Under the pieces are notes generated by a model. That model had not been told where the DNA came from. It saw only the letters and a list, made by a program, of their open reading frames with translations, and ran no database searches. A stretch of 60,763 bases of DNA from Lysobacter sp. (GTDB taxonomy: Bacteria > Pseudomonadota > Gammaproteobacteria > Xanthomonadales > Xanthomonadaceae): the NCBI GenBank assembly GCA_026786005.1, contig JAJAYW010000075.1, positions 1 to 60,763 of the forward strand. The letters are read 5' to 3'. Below are positions 24,657 through 34,170 of this stretch, piece after piece. A program made the translations under genes and the position numbers. Position 1 is the stretch's first letter. Every line of letters begins with the position of its first letter.

Positions 24657-27029
24657 ATGTCTGAGAAATTACTTGTGCGGCGGGTCGCCGTTCTGGGCGC
24701 TGGTGTGATGGGGGCGCAGATCGCTGCACATCTCACCAACGCCGGCGTCGATACCGTGTTGTTCGACCTGCCGGCCAAGGAAGGCGATCCAAACAGCATC
24801 GCGCAGAAGGCCATCGGCAATCTCGGCAAGCTTTCGCCCGCCCCGCTCGCCAGCAAATCATTGGCGGAGGCCATCGTCCCGGCCAATTACGACACTGGTC
24901 TTGAATTGCTGCGCGGTTGTGACCTGATCATCGAGGCCATCGCCGAGCGGATGGACTGGAAACAGGACCTGTACAAGAAGATCGCACCGTTCGTTGCCGG
25001 GCACGCCGTACTGGCCAGCAACACCTCCGGCCTCGGCATCAACGCGCTCGCCGATGTGTTGCCCGAGCAACTCCGCCATCGTTTCTGCGGCGTGCATTTC
25101 TTCAACCCGCCGCGCTACATGCACCTAGCTGAACTGATCCCGGCCCGGACCACCGATCCCGCGATCCTGGAAGGTCTGGAAGCCTTCCTCGTCACCACCC
25201 TCGGCAAAGGCGTGGTCTACGCCAAGGACACGCCCAACTTCATCGGTAACCGCATCGGCGTGTTCTCGATCCTGGCGACCATCCACCACACCGCCGCACA
25301 CAATCTCGGTTTCGACGAGGTGGATGCCGTCACCGGCCCGTTAATCGGCCGCCCGAAATCGGCCACGTACCGCACGTCTGATGTGGTCGGACTGGACACC
25401 ATGGCGCATGTGATCAAGACCATGGCCGACACCCTGCCCGACGATCCCTGGCACGAGTACTTCAAGTCGCCGAGTTGGCTGGACGCGATGATCGCCAAGG
25501 GCGCGCTGGGACAAAAAACCGGGGCCGGCATCTTCCGCAAGGTCGGCAAGGACATCCAGGTGCTGGACCTCAAGGCGCAGGGCTACCGCCCGAGTACGCA
25601 TGAGGCCGCGCCGGAAGTGATCGAGATCCTGAAGATCAGGAATCCTTCCGAGAAATTCGCCCAGCTGCGCGAGAGTGCGCATCCGCAAGCGAAATTCCTG
25701 TGGGCCGTGTTCCGCGATCTCTTCCACTACAGCGCCTATCACCTTAGTGATATCGCCGAGACCGCGCGCGATGTCGATCTCGCCATCCGCTGGGGTTACG
25801 GGTGGTCGCTGGGGCCGTTTGAAACCTGGCAAGCCGCGGGCTGGAAGCAGGTCGCGGAGTGGATCGCCGCAGATATCGTCGCCGGCAAGGCGATGAGTTC
25901 GGCGCCCTTACCCGACTGGGTGTTCGACGGCCGCGATGTTGTCCATGCGGCGGAAGGCAGCTACAGCCCCGGCAGGAACGCCAAACTGCCGCGCTCAGCG
26001 CTGCCGGTCTATCGTCGCCAACGATTCCCGGATCCGTTGCTGGGCGAAGTTTTCACGCTCGGCGAAACCGTCTTTGAAAACGACGGCATCCGCCTGTGGC
26101 ACGACGGCGACGACATCGCCGTTGCTTCATTCAAGACCAAGATGCACACCGTGTCGGACCACGTGCTGGCGGGGCTGCAGGAAGCCATCGCGATCGCCGA
26201 GCGCCAGTTCCGCGGCATGGTGATCTGGCAGCCAAAAGAGCCGTTTTCCGCAGGCGCTGATCTGTCAGGCGCCATGGGTGCGCTGCAGGCGGGGGACATC
26301 AAGGGCTTCGATGCGATGGTGGCCAATTTCCAGGCCACCAGCCAACGGATCAAGTATTCGCTGGTGCCGGTCGTGGCGGCGGTCCGCGGGTTGGCGTTGG
26401 GCGGCGGCTGCGAGTTCCAGATGCACAGCGCGCGGACGGTGGCCGGACTGGAGAGCTACATCGGCTTGGTCGAAGCCGGCGTTGGCTTGCTGCCCGCGGG
26501 CGGCGGCTTGAAGGAACTTGCGCTGCGGGCCTCGCAAGCTGCGGGGCCGGGTGGCGATGTCTTCGCGCAATTGAAGCCGTCGTTTGAAGCCGTGGCGATG
26601 GTGAAAGTGTCCACATCCGCGATCGAAGCAAAAGAACTGGGATTGCTGCGCAGCAACGACGTGGTCGCATTCAATGCCCACGAGTTGCTGCATATCGCCA
26701 AGCAACAAGCGCTGGCGCTCGCCGAAAGCGGCTACCGGCCGCCGCTGCCCGCACGACGCATCATCGTCGCCGGCGATGTCGGTATCGCGACCTTCAAGAT
26801 GATCCTGGTCAACATGCTCGAGGGCCACTTCATCTCCGAACACGATTACGAAATCGGAACGCGTGTCGCAACGGTCTTGTGCGGTGGCGAAGTCGATCGC
26901 GGTGCACTGGTCGACGAAGACTGGCTGCTGCGACTGGAACGCGAGCATTTCGTGGCGCTCGCGCAGATGCCGAAGACGCAGGAGCGCATCGCGCACATGC
27001 TGAAAACGGGTAAGCCGTTGAGGAACTGA
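24657..27029 (+). CDS. Bifunctional 3-hydroxyacyl-CoA dehydrogenase / enoyl-CoA hydratase (dehydrogenase-first, FadN-type layout)
   Basis: N-terminal Rossmann motif VLGAGVMGAQIA and a C-terminal crotonase-like region (AAVRGLALGGGCE). 790 aa. Confidence 0.9.
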   Translation: MSEKLLVRRVAVLGAGVMGAQIAAHLTNAGVDTVLFDLPAKEGDPNSIAQKAIGNLGKLSPAPLASKSLAEAIVPANYDTGLELLRGCDLIIEAIAERMDWKQDLYKKIAPFVAGHAVLASNTSGLGINALADVLPEQLRHRFCGVHFFNPPRYMHLAELIPARTTDPAILEGLEAFLVTTLGKGVVYAKDTPNFIGNRIGVFSILATIHHTAAHNLGFDEVDAVTGPLIGRPKSATYRTSDVVGLDTMAHVIKTMADTLPDDPWHEYFKSPSWLDAMIAKGALGQKTGAGIFRKVGKDIQVLDLKAQGYRPSTHEAAPEVIEILKIRNPSEKFAQLRESAHPQAKFLWAVFRDLFHYSAYHLSDIAETARDVDLAIRWGYGWSLGPFETWQAAGWKQVAEWIAADIVAGKAMSSAPLPDWVFDGRDVVHAAEGSYSPGRNAKLPRSALPVYRRQRFPDPLLGEVFTLGETVFENDGIRLWHDGDDIAVASFKTKMHTVSDHVLAGLQEAIAIAERQFRGMVIWQPKEPFSAGADLSGAMGALQAGDIKGFDAMVANFQATSQRIKYSLVPVVAAVRGLALGGGCEFQMHSARTVAGLESYIGLVEAGVGLLPAGGGLKELALRASQAAGPGGDVFAQLKPSFEAVAMVKVSTSAIEAKELGLLRSNDVVAFNAHELLHIAKQQALALAESGYRPPLPARRIIVAGDVGIATFKMILVNMLEGHFISEHDYEIGTRVATVLCGGEVDRGALVDEDWLLRLEREHFVALAQMPKTQERIAHMLKTGKPLRN

Positions 27030-27033
27030 CAAA

Positions 27034-27135
27034 TGGGAGTGGAAGTGGGAAGTGGGGAGTAGGAAATCGGAAGGCGTGAACTCTCTCTTTTTACTCTCCC
27101 GCTCTCCACTTTCTAACCCCCCCCTACTCCCGCCC
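27034..27135. repeat. Purine-rich (GGGAGTGG-like) tract plus pyrimidine-rich complement, related to 9126-9205
   Basis: TGGGAGTGGAAGTGGGAAGTGGGGAGTAGGAAATCGGAAGG ... CTCTCCCGCTCTCCACTTTCTAACCCCCCCCTACTCCCGCCC, between the two beta-oxidation genes. Confidence 0.5.
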
Positions 27136-27150
27136 TTGGAGGCACAAAAA

Positions 27151-28347
27151 ATGACACGCCAAATCCAGGACGCCTACATCGTCGCTGCCACCCGCACGCC
27201 AGTCGGCAAGGCACCCCGCGGCGTTTTCCGCAACACCCGTCCCGACGAGATGCTTGCGCATGTGTTGCGCAGCGTGGTCGCGCAGGTGCCGGGCATCGAC
27301 CTCGATCGCATCGATGACGCCATTATTGGCTGCGCCATGCCCGAAGGCGAGCAAGGCATGAACGTCGCACGCATTGGCGTGCTGCTGGCAGGCCTGCCGG
27401 ACACCGTCGCGGCACAAACCATCAATCGTTTTTGTTCGTCAGGATTGCAGGCCGTTGCATTGGCAGCGGACCGCATCCGGTTAGGTGAAGCGGATCTGGT
27501 CCTGGCTGGCGGCGTCGAGTCGATGTCGATGGTGCCGATGATGGGCAACAAGGTCGCGATGAGCCCACAGGTCTTCCAGGACGACAACCTCGCCATCGCC
27601 TACGGCATGGGCATCACCGCGGAAAAGGTGGCCGAGGAATGGAAGGTATCGCGCGAGGACCAGGATGCATTCGCCGTGGCCTCGCACCAGAAGGCGCTGA
27701 ACGCCATCGCCAATGGCGAGTTCGCGTCCGAGATCACGCCCTATGAAGTCACTGCACGCATTCCCGACGTAGCTGGCAATGCCGTGCGATTGAAGCGTGC
27801 GTTGATCGATACCGATGAAGGCCCACGCGTGGATACATCACTGGAAGGACTGGCGAAACTGCGCCCCGTGTTCCGCAACGGAGGCAGCGTCACCGCCGGA
27901 AATTCATCGCAGATGTCCGATGGTGCGGCCGGCGTGTTGCTTGCGTCCGAACAAGCGATCAAGGATTACGGCCTCACTCCCCTCGCCCGCTTCGTCAGTT
28001 TCGCCGTCGCCGGCGTGCGGCCCGAAGTGATGGGCATCGGCCCGATCGCAGCGATTCCAAAAGCCCTGAAACAGGCGGGGCTGACCAAGGACCAACTGGA
28101 CTGGATCGAACTCAACGAGGCTTTCGCCGCACAGGCACTCGCGGTGATACGCGATTGCGGACTGGATCCCGGCAAGGTCAATCCGCTCGGCGGCGCCATC
28201 GCATTGGGCCATCCACTCGGCGCAACGGGCGCGGTCCGCACGGCAACCCTCGTTCATGGCATGCGTCGCCTGCAACAGAAGTACGGCATGGTGACCATGT
28301 GCATCGGTACCGGCATGGGCGCGGCGGGTATTTTTGAATCGGTTTGA
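27151..28347 (+). CDS. fadA: Acetyl-CoA C-acyltransferase (3-ketoacyl-CoA thiolase)
   Basis: Starts MTRQIQDAYIVAATRTPVGKA. Active-site NRFCSSGLQAV and C-terminal MCIGTGMGAAG. The ORF-track start at 27052 lies in the repeat. Confidence 0.9.
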   Translation: MTRQIQDAYIVAATRTPVGKAPRGVFRNTRPDEMLAHVLRSVVAQVPGIDLDRIDDAIIGCAMPEGEQGMNVARIGVLLAGLPDTVAAQTINRFCSSGLQAVALAADRIRLGEADLVLAGGVESMSMVPMMGNKVAMSPQVFQDDNLAIAYGMGITAEKVAEEWKVSREDQDAFAVASHQKALNAIANGEFASEITPYEVTARIPDVAGNAVRLKRALIDTDEGPRVDTSLEGLAKLRPVFRNGGSVTAGNSSQMSDGAAGVLLASEQAIKDYGLTPLARFVSFAVAGVRPEVMGIGPIAAIPKALKQAGLTKDQLDWIELNEAFAAQALAVIRDCGLDPGKVNPLGGAIALGHPLGATGAVRTATLVHGMRRLQQKYGMVTMCIGTGMGAAGIFESV

Positions 28348-28405
28348 TGCCGCGCGTCACGGTTGGGAGTACGACGCAACAGCACGTCGACATCTCTCCT
28401 GAAAC

Positions 28406-28433
28406 GAAAAAAGCGCCTACATGTGTCGGCGCT
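28406..28433 (-). terminator. Rho-independent terminator downstream of galU
   Basis: The minus strand reads AGCGCC-(10 nt loop)-GGCGCT followed by TTTTTT. Lies in the convergent fadA/galU gap. Confidence 0.55.
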
Positions 28434-28463
28434 CTTGAGGCGAGTGTCATGGATCATCAACGA

Positions 28464-29363
28464 TTATTCGACGATGCGAACTCCCAACTCGTCCAGCGCC
28501 GCTTGCATCGTCGCGCGGGCACCTTCGCTCAAGGTCTCGTGGTCGAGCGCAAAGCGGATGGTTGCCTCGATAAGACCCATATGGGTTCCGCAATCGAATC
28601 GCGTTCCCTTGAAACGGTATGCATCGACCCGTGTATCCGTGATCAGGCGAGCGATGGCATCGGTCAGCTGGATCTCACCACCTGCGCCTGGGGCAGCCGT
28701 TTCCAGGTAATGGAAGATCCCTGGAGGCAGTACATACCGACCAACCACGGCCAACGTGCTGGGGGCATCGGTCGGATCGGGCTTTTCGACGATGGCCTGG
28801 ATGAGACCGTGACGCTGGTTGAAATCGGGCGCGGAGACGATCCCGTAACTGCCCGTCAGCGCGCGGGGCACGTCCTGCACCGCAACCACGCCAACATCCT
28901 CGGCTTCCGCGTGATCGGCCATTTGTTTCAATGCGCCCGGGCCGCGATTCCAGATCAGGTCATCGGGCAACAACACCGCGAAAGGTTCGTCGCCCACGAC
29001 CGGCTTGGCGCATAGCACCGCGTGGCCCAACCCCAGCGCCTCGGCTTGGGTGACGAACACGGCCCGCACATGCGGCGGCAGGATTTCCCGCACCAGGGCC
29101 AGTTGTTCCAGCTTGCCCGCTTTCTCGAGCTTCTGTTCGAGCTCGTAGGCCTTGTCGAAATAGTCCGCTACCGCATGCTTGTAGCGGTTGGTGACGAAGA
29201 TGAGGGTTTCGCAGCCGGCTTCGATGGCTTCGTCGACCGCATACTGGATCAATGGCCGATCGATGATCGGCAACATTTCCTTCGGGACGGTCTTGGTCGC
29301 CGGTAAAAAGCGCGTGCCCAGCCCTGCCACCGGGAACACCGCTTTGCGAATACGTTGCGCCAT
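28464..29363 (-). CDS. galU: UTP--glucose-1-phosphate uridylyltransferase
   Basis: KAVFPVAGLGTRFLPATKTVPKEMLP N-terminal signature. Confidence 0.93.
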   Translation of the reverse strand: MAQRIRKAVFPVAGLGTRFLPATKTVPKEMLPIIDRPLIQYAVDEAIEAGCETLIFVTNRYKHAVADYFDKAYELEQKLEKAGKLEQLALVREILPPHVRAVFVTQAEALGLGHAVLCAKPVVGDEPFAVLLPDDLIWNRGPGALKQMADHAEAEDVGVVAVQDVPRALTGSYGIVSAPDFNQRHGLIQAIVEKPDPTDAPSTLAVVGRYVLPPGIFHYLETAAPGAGGEIQLTDAIARLITDTRVDAYRFKGTRFDCGTHMGLIEATIRFALDHETLSEGARATMQAALDELGVRIVE

Positions 29364-29366
29364 GCC

Positions 29367-31274
29367 CTAGATCTTTCGCGAGCTGCGCGCGGGAAACGGA
29401 ACGACTGTGGCCCGATGCGCTTCAGTCAGTTCAGCGGCAGGCGAGAACTCGGGAACCGCAGCGCGCAAGAGCAGGCCAAGCGCGGTCTCGTCGTAACGTG
29501 CAATGGCGTCGCGCATTTTTTCGATGGATCCAGCAATCGCCTCTGCAGCAACACCGCGCGCCTCAGCCTGGAGGATCTTGGGGTGCGCAGTGGGCCGATA
29601 GCGCTCGTCGGCATGGAACAGCGTTTCGTGCAATTTTTCGCCCGCGCGCAGGCCCGTGTAAACGATGGCGATATCGCGCCCAGGCTGCTTCCCAGCCAAA
29701 CGGATCATTTGTTCGGCAAGCAGGCGGATTGGCACGGGCTCGCCCATGTCCAGCGTATAGATTGCTTCGTGCGAGCCGATCGCGGCTGCCTGCAAGATTA
29801 ATTGGCAGGCTTCTGGAATCGTCATGAAGTAACGCGTGACTTCCGTATCAGTGACCGTCACCGGGCCGCCCAAGCGAATTTGTTCACGGAACAGGGGGAC
29901 GACACTACCCGCCGAATCCAGCACGTTGCCAAAGCGCACGGTCACGTAGTGCGTTGCGCGTTTGGCCGCGTAGGCCTGGCACACCATTTCGGCCAGGCGC
30001 TTGCTTGCGCCAAGCACGTTGACCGGATCCACCGCCTTGTCGGTCGAGATCAGGACAAATGTCCCGACATTGGCCGTGCGACATGCCTCGGCAACGGTTT
30101 CGGTGGCCAGTACGTTGTTGCGAACCGCCTCACGCAATTGTGTTTCGAGCAGCGGCACCTGCTTGTATGCGGCCGCATGGAACAAGGCATCCGGCTCAGC
30201 CAGCGAAAGCGCGTGACGAATGACCGCAGGATCGCCGCAGTCCCCAAGCACCGCCACACATTCCAGATTGGGAAAATCGCGCTGCAGTTCGGCCTGCATG
30301 GTCATCAACGAAAGCTCGTCGATCTCAATCATGCCGATGCGCAGTGCGCCATGTCGGGCGCACTGCCTGCACAACTCCGAACCGATCGAGCCCCCTGCCC
30401 CGGTGACCATGACCGAACGTCCGCCCAGCCAGCCCCGGATCGCTTTCCAGTCGGGTAACACCGGTTTGCGACCCAGCAGATCCTCGATGGCGACTTCCTT
30501 GAGCTCACCCGGCAGTGACCGTCCGGTCAAGACATCCTGCAATCGCGGGACGGTGCGGAATGGCAACCCGGAGCGCTCGCACGCGGCAACGACCTGCTGC
30601 ATCGCACTGGCATCGATCGAAGGCATGGCGATCACAATCAACTTCGCCGCCGTCTCGCGCGCGATTTCGGCGACGTTCGCGACCTTTCCTAATACCGATA
30701 CGCCTTGCAGTTTGCTTCCCCGCAACTTCGCCGCGTCATCAAGAAAGCCGACCGGTGCATAGGCCCCTGTGCGACGCAGATCGCGCACCAGCGCTTCGCC
30801 CGCTGCGCCAGCACCAAGGATGAGCACGCGCACAGCGGCCTTGTCGGTGTGTTCGCTGCGACCGTCTTTCCAGGCCCGATACAACAGGCGTGGCGTTCCC
30901 AATAGCCCAACCAGGACAAACGGATACAGGAACAGGACGGCGCGTGGCACCCCCTCGACGCGGTTGTACAGAAACAAACCGAGCGCGAGCGCGAGGAGCC
31001 CGAAAACGCTGGCTTTGACGATGTTCCAGATATCGGGAACGCTGGCAAACCGCCACAGCCCCCGGTACAGGCCAACTTGCCAGAAGACCAGACCTTGGGC
31101 GGCCAGCACGATGGCAATTTCCAGCGACCATAGCGGCAGCACCGGAGGGTCTGATACCAGCGTATAGCGCAACCAGTTCAGGCCGGTCCAACAGATCCAG
31201 ACCATCGCCAGGTCATGGGCGACAACAGCGAGGCGAGGTAGCGCCAGGTTCCAGCGGTCATTCTTGGAAATCAT
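29367..31274 (-). CDS. Membrane-anchored nucleotide-sugar 4,6-dehydratase/epimerase (CapD/WbpM/PglF family)
   Basis: Four N-terminal TM segments, two Rossmann motifs (LILGAGAAGE, VTGAGGSIGSEL), 635 aa. Confidence 0.88.
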   Translation of the reverse strand: MISKNDRWNLALPRLAVVAHDLAMVWICWTGLNWLRYTLVSDPPVLPLWSLEIAIVLAAQGLVFWQVGLYRGLWRFASVPDIWNIVKASVFGLLALALGLFLYNRVEGVPRAVLFLYPFVLVGLLGTPRLLYRAWKDGRSEHTDKAAVRVLILGAGAAGEALVRDLRRTGAYAPVGFLDDAAKLRGSKLQGVSVLGKVANVAEIARETAAKLIVIAMPSIDASAMQQVVAACERSGLPFRTVPRLQDVLTGRSLPGELKEVAIEDLLGRKPVLPDWKAIRGWLGGRSVMVTGAGGSIGSELCRQCARHGALRIGMIEIDELSLMTMQAELQRDFPNLECVAVLGDCGDPAVIRHALSLAEPDALFHAAAYKQVPLLETQLREAVRNNVLATETVAEACRTANVGTFVLISTDKAVDPVNVLGASKRLAEMVCQAYAAKRATHYVTVRFGNVLDSAGSVVPLFREQIRLGGPVTVTDTEVTRYFMTIPEACQLILQAAAIGSHEAIYTLDMGEPVPIRLLAEQMIRLAGKQPGRDIAIVYTGLRAGEKLHETLFHADERYRPTAHPKILQAEARGVAAEAIAGSIEKMRDAIARYDETALGLLLRAAVPEFSPAAELTEAHRATVVPFPARSSRKI

Positions 31275-32257
31275 CCCCTAATCCCAGAAGGCGCGTCGGT
31301 ACTGAGACGGCGCAAGTAAAGCCATAACAGCGTTGTGGCCATATACCACGCCAACAGCGAAAGTGTAATGAAAGCGAATTCATTTTTGCGGAACGTCAAC
31401 CAGAATACGCATGCCATGGTGGTCCATACGGCATAAGCCAGTGTCACCGGCCGATGGGCACGCAGCTTCCTTGCCCACATCTGATAACTGTGATCCGCAT
31501 GCGCGCGCCACCATTGCTCGCCGCGCAGCATGCGGGTTGCGAGCGTCAGACTGGCATCGACCAAAAATGCCGCGAGTGGTAGCAGGATCAGAAGCCCACT
31601 CGATGTCTGCTGCCCTGCGACCACGCTTGATACAAGCGCAGCGATGGCAAATCCAATCGCACCACTGCCGACATCACCCAGAAAAACCTTTGCCTTGGGG
31701 AAATTGAAAGGAAGGAATCCGCCGCACGCGGCAGCCAAGGCTGCGGCAAGCCATTGTTCAGGGCCTGGCAACGCGAGTGCGATGGTTGCCGCGATCAGGC
31801 CCGCTTGGCTGGCGGCCAGACCATCAATCCCGTCCATGAAATTCCATGTATTGGTCAGGCCGACAGCCAATACAAAGGTGCCCAAGGACAAGAATGGATT
31901 GCCGTAAGTCAGCTGCAACCCCCACGCAAGCACGGCCGCCGCAATCACGTGCGCGGCAAGACGAGCCGATGCTGACAGTGGACGGTGATCATCCACCCAG
32001 CCCACTCCCGCGACTACAGCAAGACCGGTCGCGAAACACGATAGCCAGATCTGGCGATCGGGGGATTGGATTGCCAGCCATAGTGCTGCGATCAGCAGCG
32101 ACGCGACGATGGCAATGCCGCCACCGCGCGGTATCGCCGCATCATGGCTGCGCCGCTCACCGGGGTGATCCAGCAAATTCGCATTCAATGCATAGCGACG
32201 CGCCCACCAGGTTCCTAACAATCCGATGACGAGATGGAACGAGAGCCAAAGTGCCAT
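31271..32257 (-). CDS. Glycosyltransferase family 4 initiating sugar-phosphate transferase (WbpL/WecA/MraY family)
   Basis: Polytopic membrane protein with VGWVDDHRPL and NTWNFMDGIDGLA motifs. Start at MALWLSF (32257) avoids overlap with lapB. ATGA overlap with the downstream dehydratase. Confidence 0.82.
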   Translation of the reverse strand: MALWLSFHLVIGLLGTWWARRYALNANLLDHPGERRSHDAAIPRGGGIAIVASLLIAALWLAIQSPDRQIWLSCFATGLAVVAGVGWVDDHRPLSASARLAAHVIAAAVLAWGLQLTYGNPFLSLGTFVLAVGLTNTWNFMDGIDGLAASQAGLIAATIALALPGPEQWLAAALAAACGGFLPFNFPKAKVFLGDVGSGAIGFAIAALVSSVVAGQQTSSGLLILLPLAAFLVDASLTLATRMLRGEQWWRAHADHSYQMWARKLRAHRPVTLAYAVWTTMACVFWLTFRKNEFAFITLSLLAWYMATTLLWLYLRRLSTDAPSGIRG

Positions 32258-32265
32258 TCGCGGGA

Positions 32266-33444
32266 TCACACGACCGCATAGTTGAGGAGAGGCTTGATCG
32301 AGCCCCACTCCTTGCAACTTGGACATTGCCAGTGATGGGTCCGCGCACCGAAACCGCAACGGCTGCAGCGATAACTCGGATTGCGCACCAGCAGCTGATC
32401 GGTGATGTGCTTGAGGTCGTGCAACGTGGCTTCGGGATCGACGCCCTCGGCCAGGGCGAGATCGATCAATGCCGCTTCACCGCGTACCGACGGGCGGTCT
32501 TTCAACTGCCGTGCAAGATAGGCGCGTGCGGCCGGGACACCGTCCTCGGCCTCAACCAGCCGTGTCAGCGCAAGCACCGGCGCAACGCCTCGATAGTGTT
32601 CGCTCATTTCGGAAAGGAACGCGCGCGCGCCGGTTGTATCACCTGAGCGCTCATAGCTTGCCAATAACGTTGGCAAGAGTTCCGGCAAGTAATCGGGATC
32701 GTGTCGCGCGGCGCGCTCGAAGGCGCGAATCGCGGCCGCATCGTTCTGCAACTCCGCTTCGATCCGTCCCTCCAGCATGCCGGCGCGCACGGAGTTCGAG
32801 TCCACGGCATACGCCCTGGCGATCGCGGCGCGCGCAGCGTCGATATCACCGGACGCACGCTGGCGATCGGCAAGTTCGCATTCAAACTGTGCGATCAGTT
32901 TGCCCATCGGCTCGCCGGTTGCCGCCTCGAAACGCGTGGCGTTCTCGATCGCCTTGTCCCAGTCGCGTTCGGCCTGGTAGATGCCGATCAGGTGCTTCAG
33001 TGCCTGCGGGGCACGCTGGTCGATTTGCGCAAGCTCGGTGAACACGGTTTCCGCGCGATCCAGCAAACCCGAACGCATGTAATCCTCGCCGAGGGCAAGC
33101 AAGGCCTGGACTTTTTGCTGATCGTTGAGGTCGGGGCGAGAAACCAGTGCCTGATGCAGACGGATGGCGCGATCCACTTCGCCGCGCCGGCGAAACAAAT
33201 GCCCCAGCGCGACTTGCGTTTCAAATGTTTCCTTGTCCAATTCGGCAATGTGCAGAAAAAGCTCGATCGCCTTGTCGGGCTGTTCGTTGAGCAAATAGTT
33301 CAAACCGCGGAAGTAGGTCGTCGAGAGTTTGCTGACCTGGCTATCGCTGTGACGTTCGCCGCCGCGACGGCCGACCACCCATCCGCTCACCGCAGCGACC
33401 GGAATCAGCAGGAAAAACCAAAACCATTCGTTGACGAACGCCAT
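32266..33444 (-). CDS. lapB: Lipopolysaccharide assembly protein B (YciM): TPR plus rubredoxin-like zinc finger
   Basis: N-terminal TM segment, TPR repeats, and C-terminal YRCSRCGF...WQCPSCKEW. Confidence 0.88.
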   Translation of the reverse strand: MAFVNEWFWFFLLIPVAAVSGWVVGRRGGERHSDSQVSKLSTTYFRGLNYLLNEQPDKAIELFLHIAELDKETFETQVALGHLFRRRGEVDRAIRLHQALVSRPDLNDQQKVQALLALGEDYMRSGLLDRAETVFTELAQIDQRAPQALKHLIGIYQAERDWDKAIENATRFEAATGEPMGKLIAQFECELADRQRASGDIDAARAAIARAYAVDSNSVRAGMLEGRIEAELQNDAAAIRAFERAARHDPDYLPELLPTLLASYERSGDTTGARAFLSEMSEHYRGVAPVLALTRLVEAEDGVPAARAYLARQLKDRPSVRGEAALIDLALAEGVDPEATLHDLKHITDQLLVRNPSYRCSRCGFGARTHHWQCPSCKEWGSIKPLLNYAVV

Positions 33445-33447
33445 CGC

Positions 33448-33723
33448 TCAGAGGCCTTCGGGAGGCGATGTGACGCGTGATTTGCTTGAATCTGCTTCCG
33501 CCCGGCGCAAGCGCTGGCGGAGCGGCAATACCACGCTGGCGGTCATCACCAATCCGCCCACCACGACGCCAATCAACAGCGATATGAGGATAGCGACGCC
33601 CAGTGTGGTATGCAGTGCGGTGGCACCCAGATCGAGCACGATCGGCTGCGGGTTGAGTGCGCCCACGGCACCACCAATGCTGAGACAGGCCAGTGCAACA
33701 AGAAGTCGTAACAGACGCATCAA
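33448..33723 (-). CDS. lapA: Lipopolysaccharide assembly protein A (YciS/DUF1049-like)
   Basis: 91-aa protein with two TM segments, immediately upstream of lapB. Confidence 0.7.
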   Translation of the reverse strand: MMRLLRLLVALACLSIGGAVGALNPQPIVLDLGATALHTTLGVAILISLLIGVVVGGLVMTASVVLPLRQRLRRAEADSSKSRVTSPPEGL

Positions 33724-33802
33724 ACGGCTCCAGCAGGAGTCGGTAGCTTAGCGGACACGCGCGCTGCGTTCAGCTTTTGCGCAAATGAGCGTCTTATGAA
33801 AA

Positions 33803-34111
33803 TCAGTCTTCGGTCGGCAACGGCACGACACTACTGACGCGTTCGCGCAACTCCTTGCCCGGCTTGAAGTGCGGCACGTGCTTGCCGGGTAATGCAACGG
33901 CATCGCCGGTCTTGGGATTGCGTCCCGTCCTCGGCGGGCGGTAATGCAGCGAAAAACTGCCAAAACCGCGAATTTCGATACGTCCACCGTGCGCCAGTGA
34001 TCCACCCATCATTTCCAGCAGTGACTTGACGGCCAGGTCGACATCATCCGCTTTCAGGTGCCCCTGACGCAGGTTGAGGATGTCAATCAATTCGGACTTG
34101 GTCATGGACAC
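33803..34111 (-). CDS. ihfB: Integration host factor beta subunit
   Basis: MTKSELI...[29 protein letters not shown]...HFKPGKELR, close to E. coli IhfB. Confidence 0.93.
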   Translation of the reverse strand: MSMTKSELIDILNLRQGHLKADDVDLAVKSLLEMMGGSLAHGGRIEIRGFGSFSLHYRPPRTGRNPKTGDAVALPGKHVPHFKPGKELRERVSSVVPLPTED

Positions 34112-34131
34112 GAGGGGAACTCGATGAGGAT

Positions 34132-34163
34132 AACGAACGGCCCGGGTTGCCGGGCCGTTCGTT
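34132..34163 (-). terminator. Perfect 14-bp stem-loop between rpsA and ihfB (terminator/attenuator-like, no U-tract)
   Basis: AACGAACGGCCCGG-GTTG-CCGGGCCGTTCGTT, located 8 nt after the rpsA stop. Confidence 0.5.
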
Positions 34164-34170
34164 CAATCCC

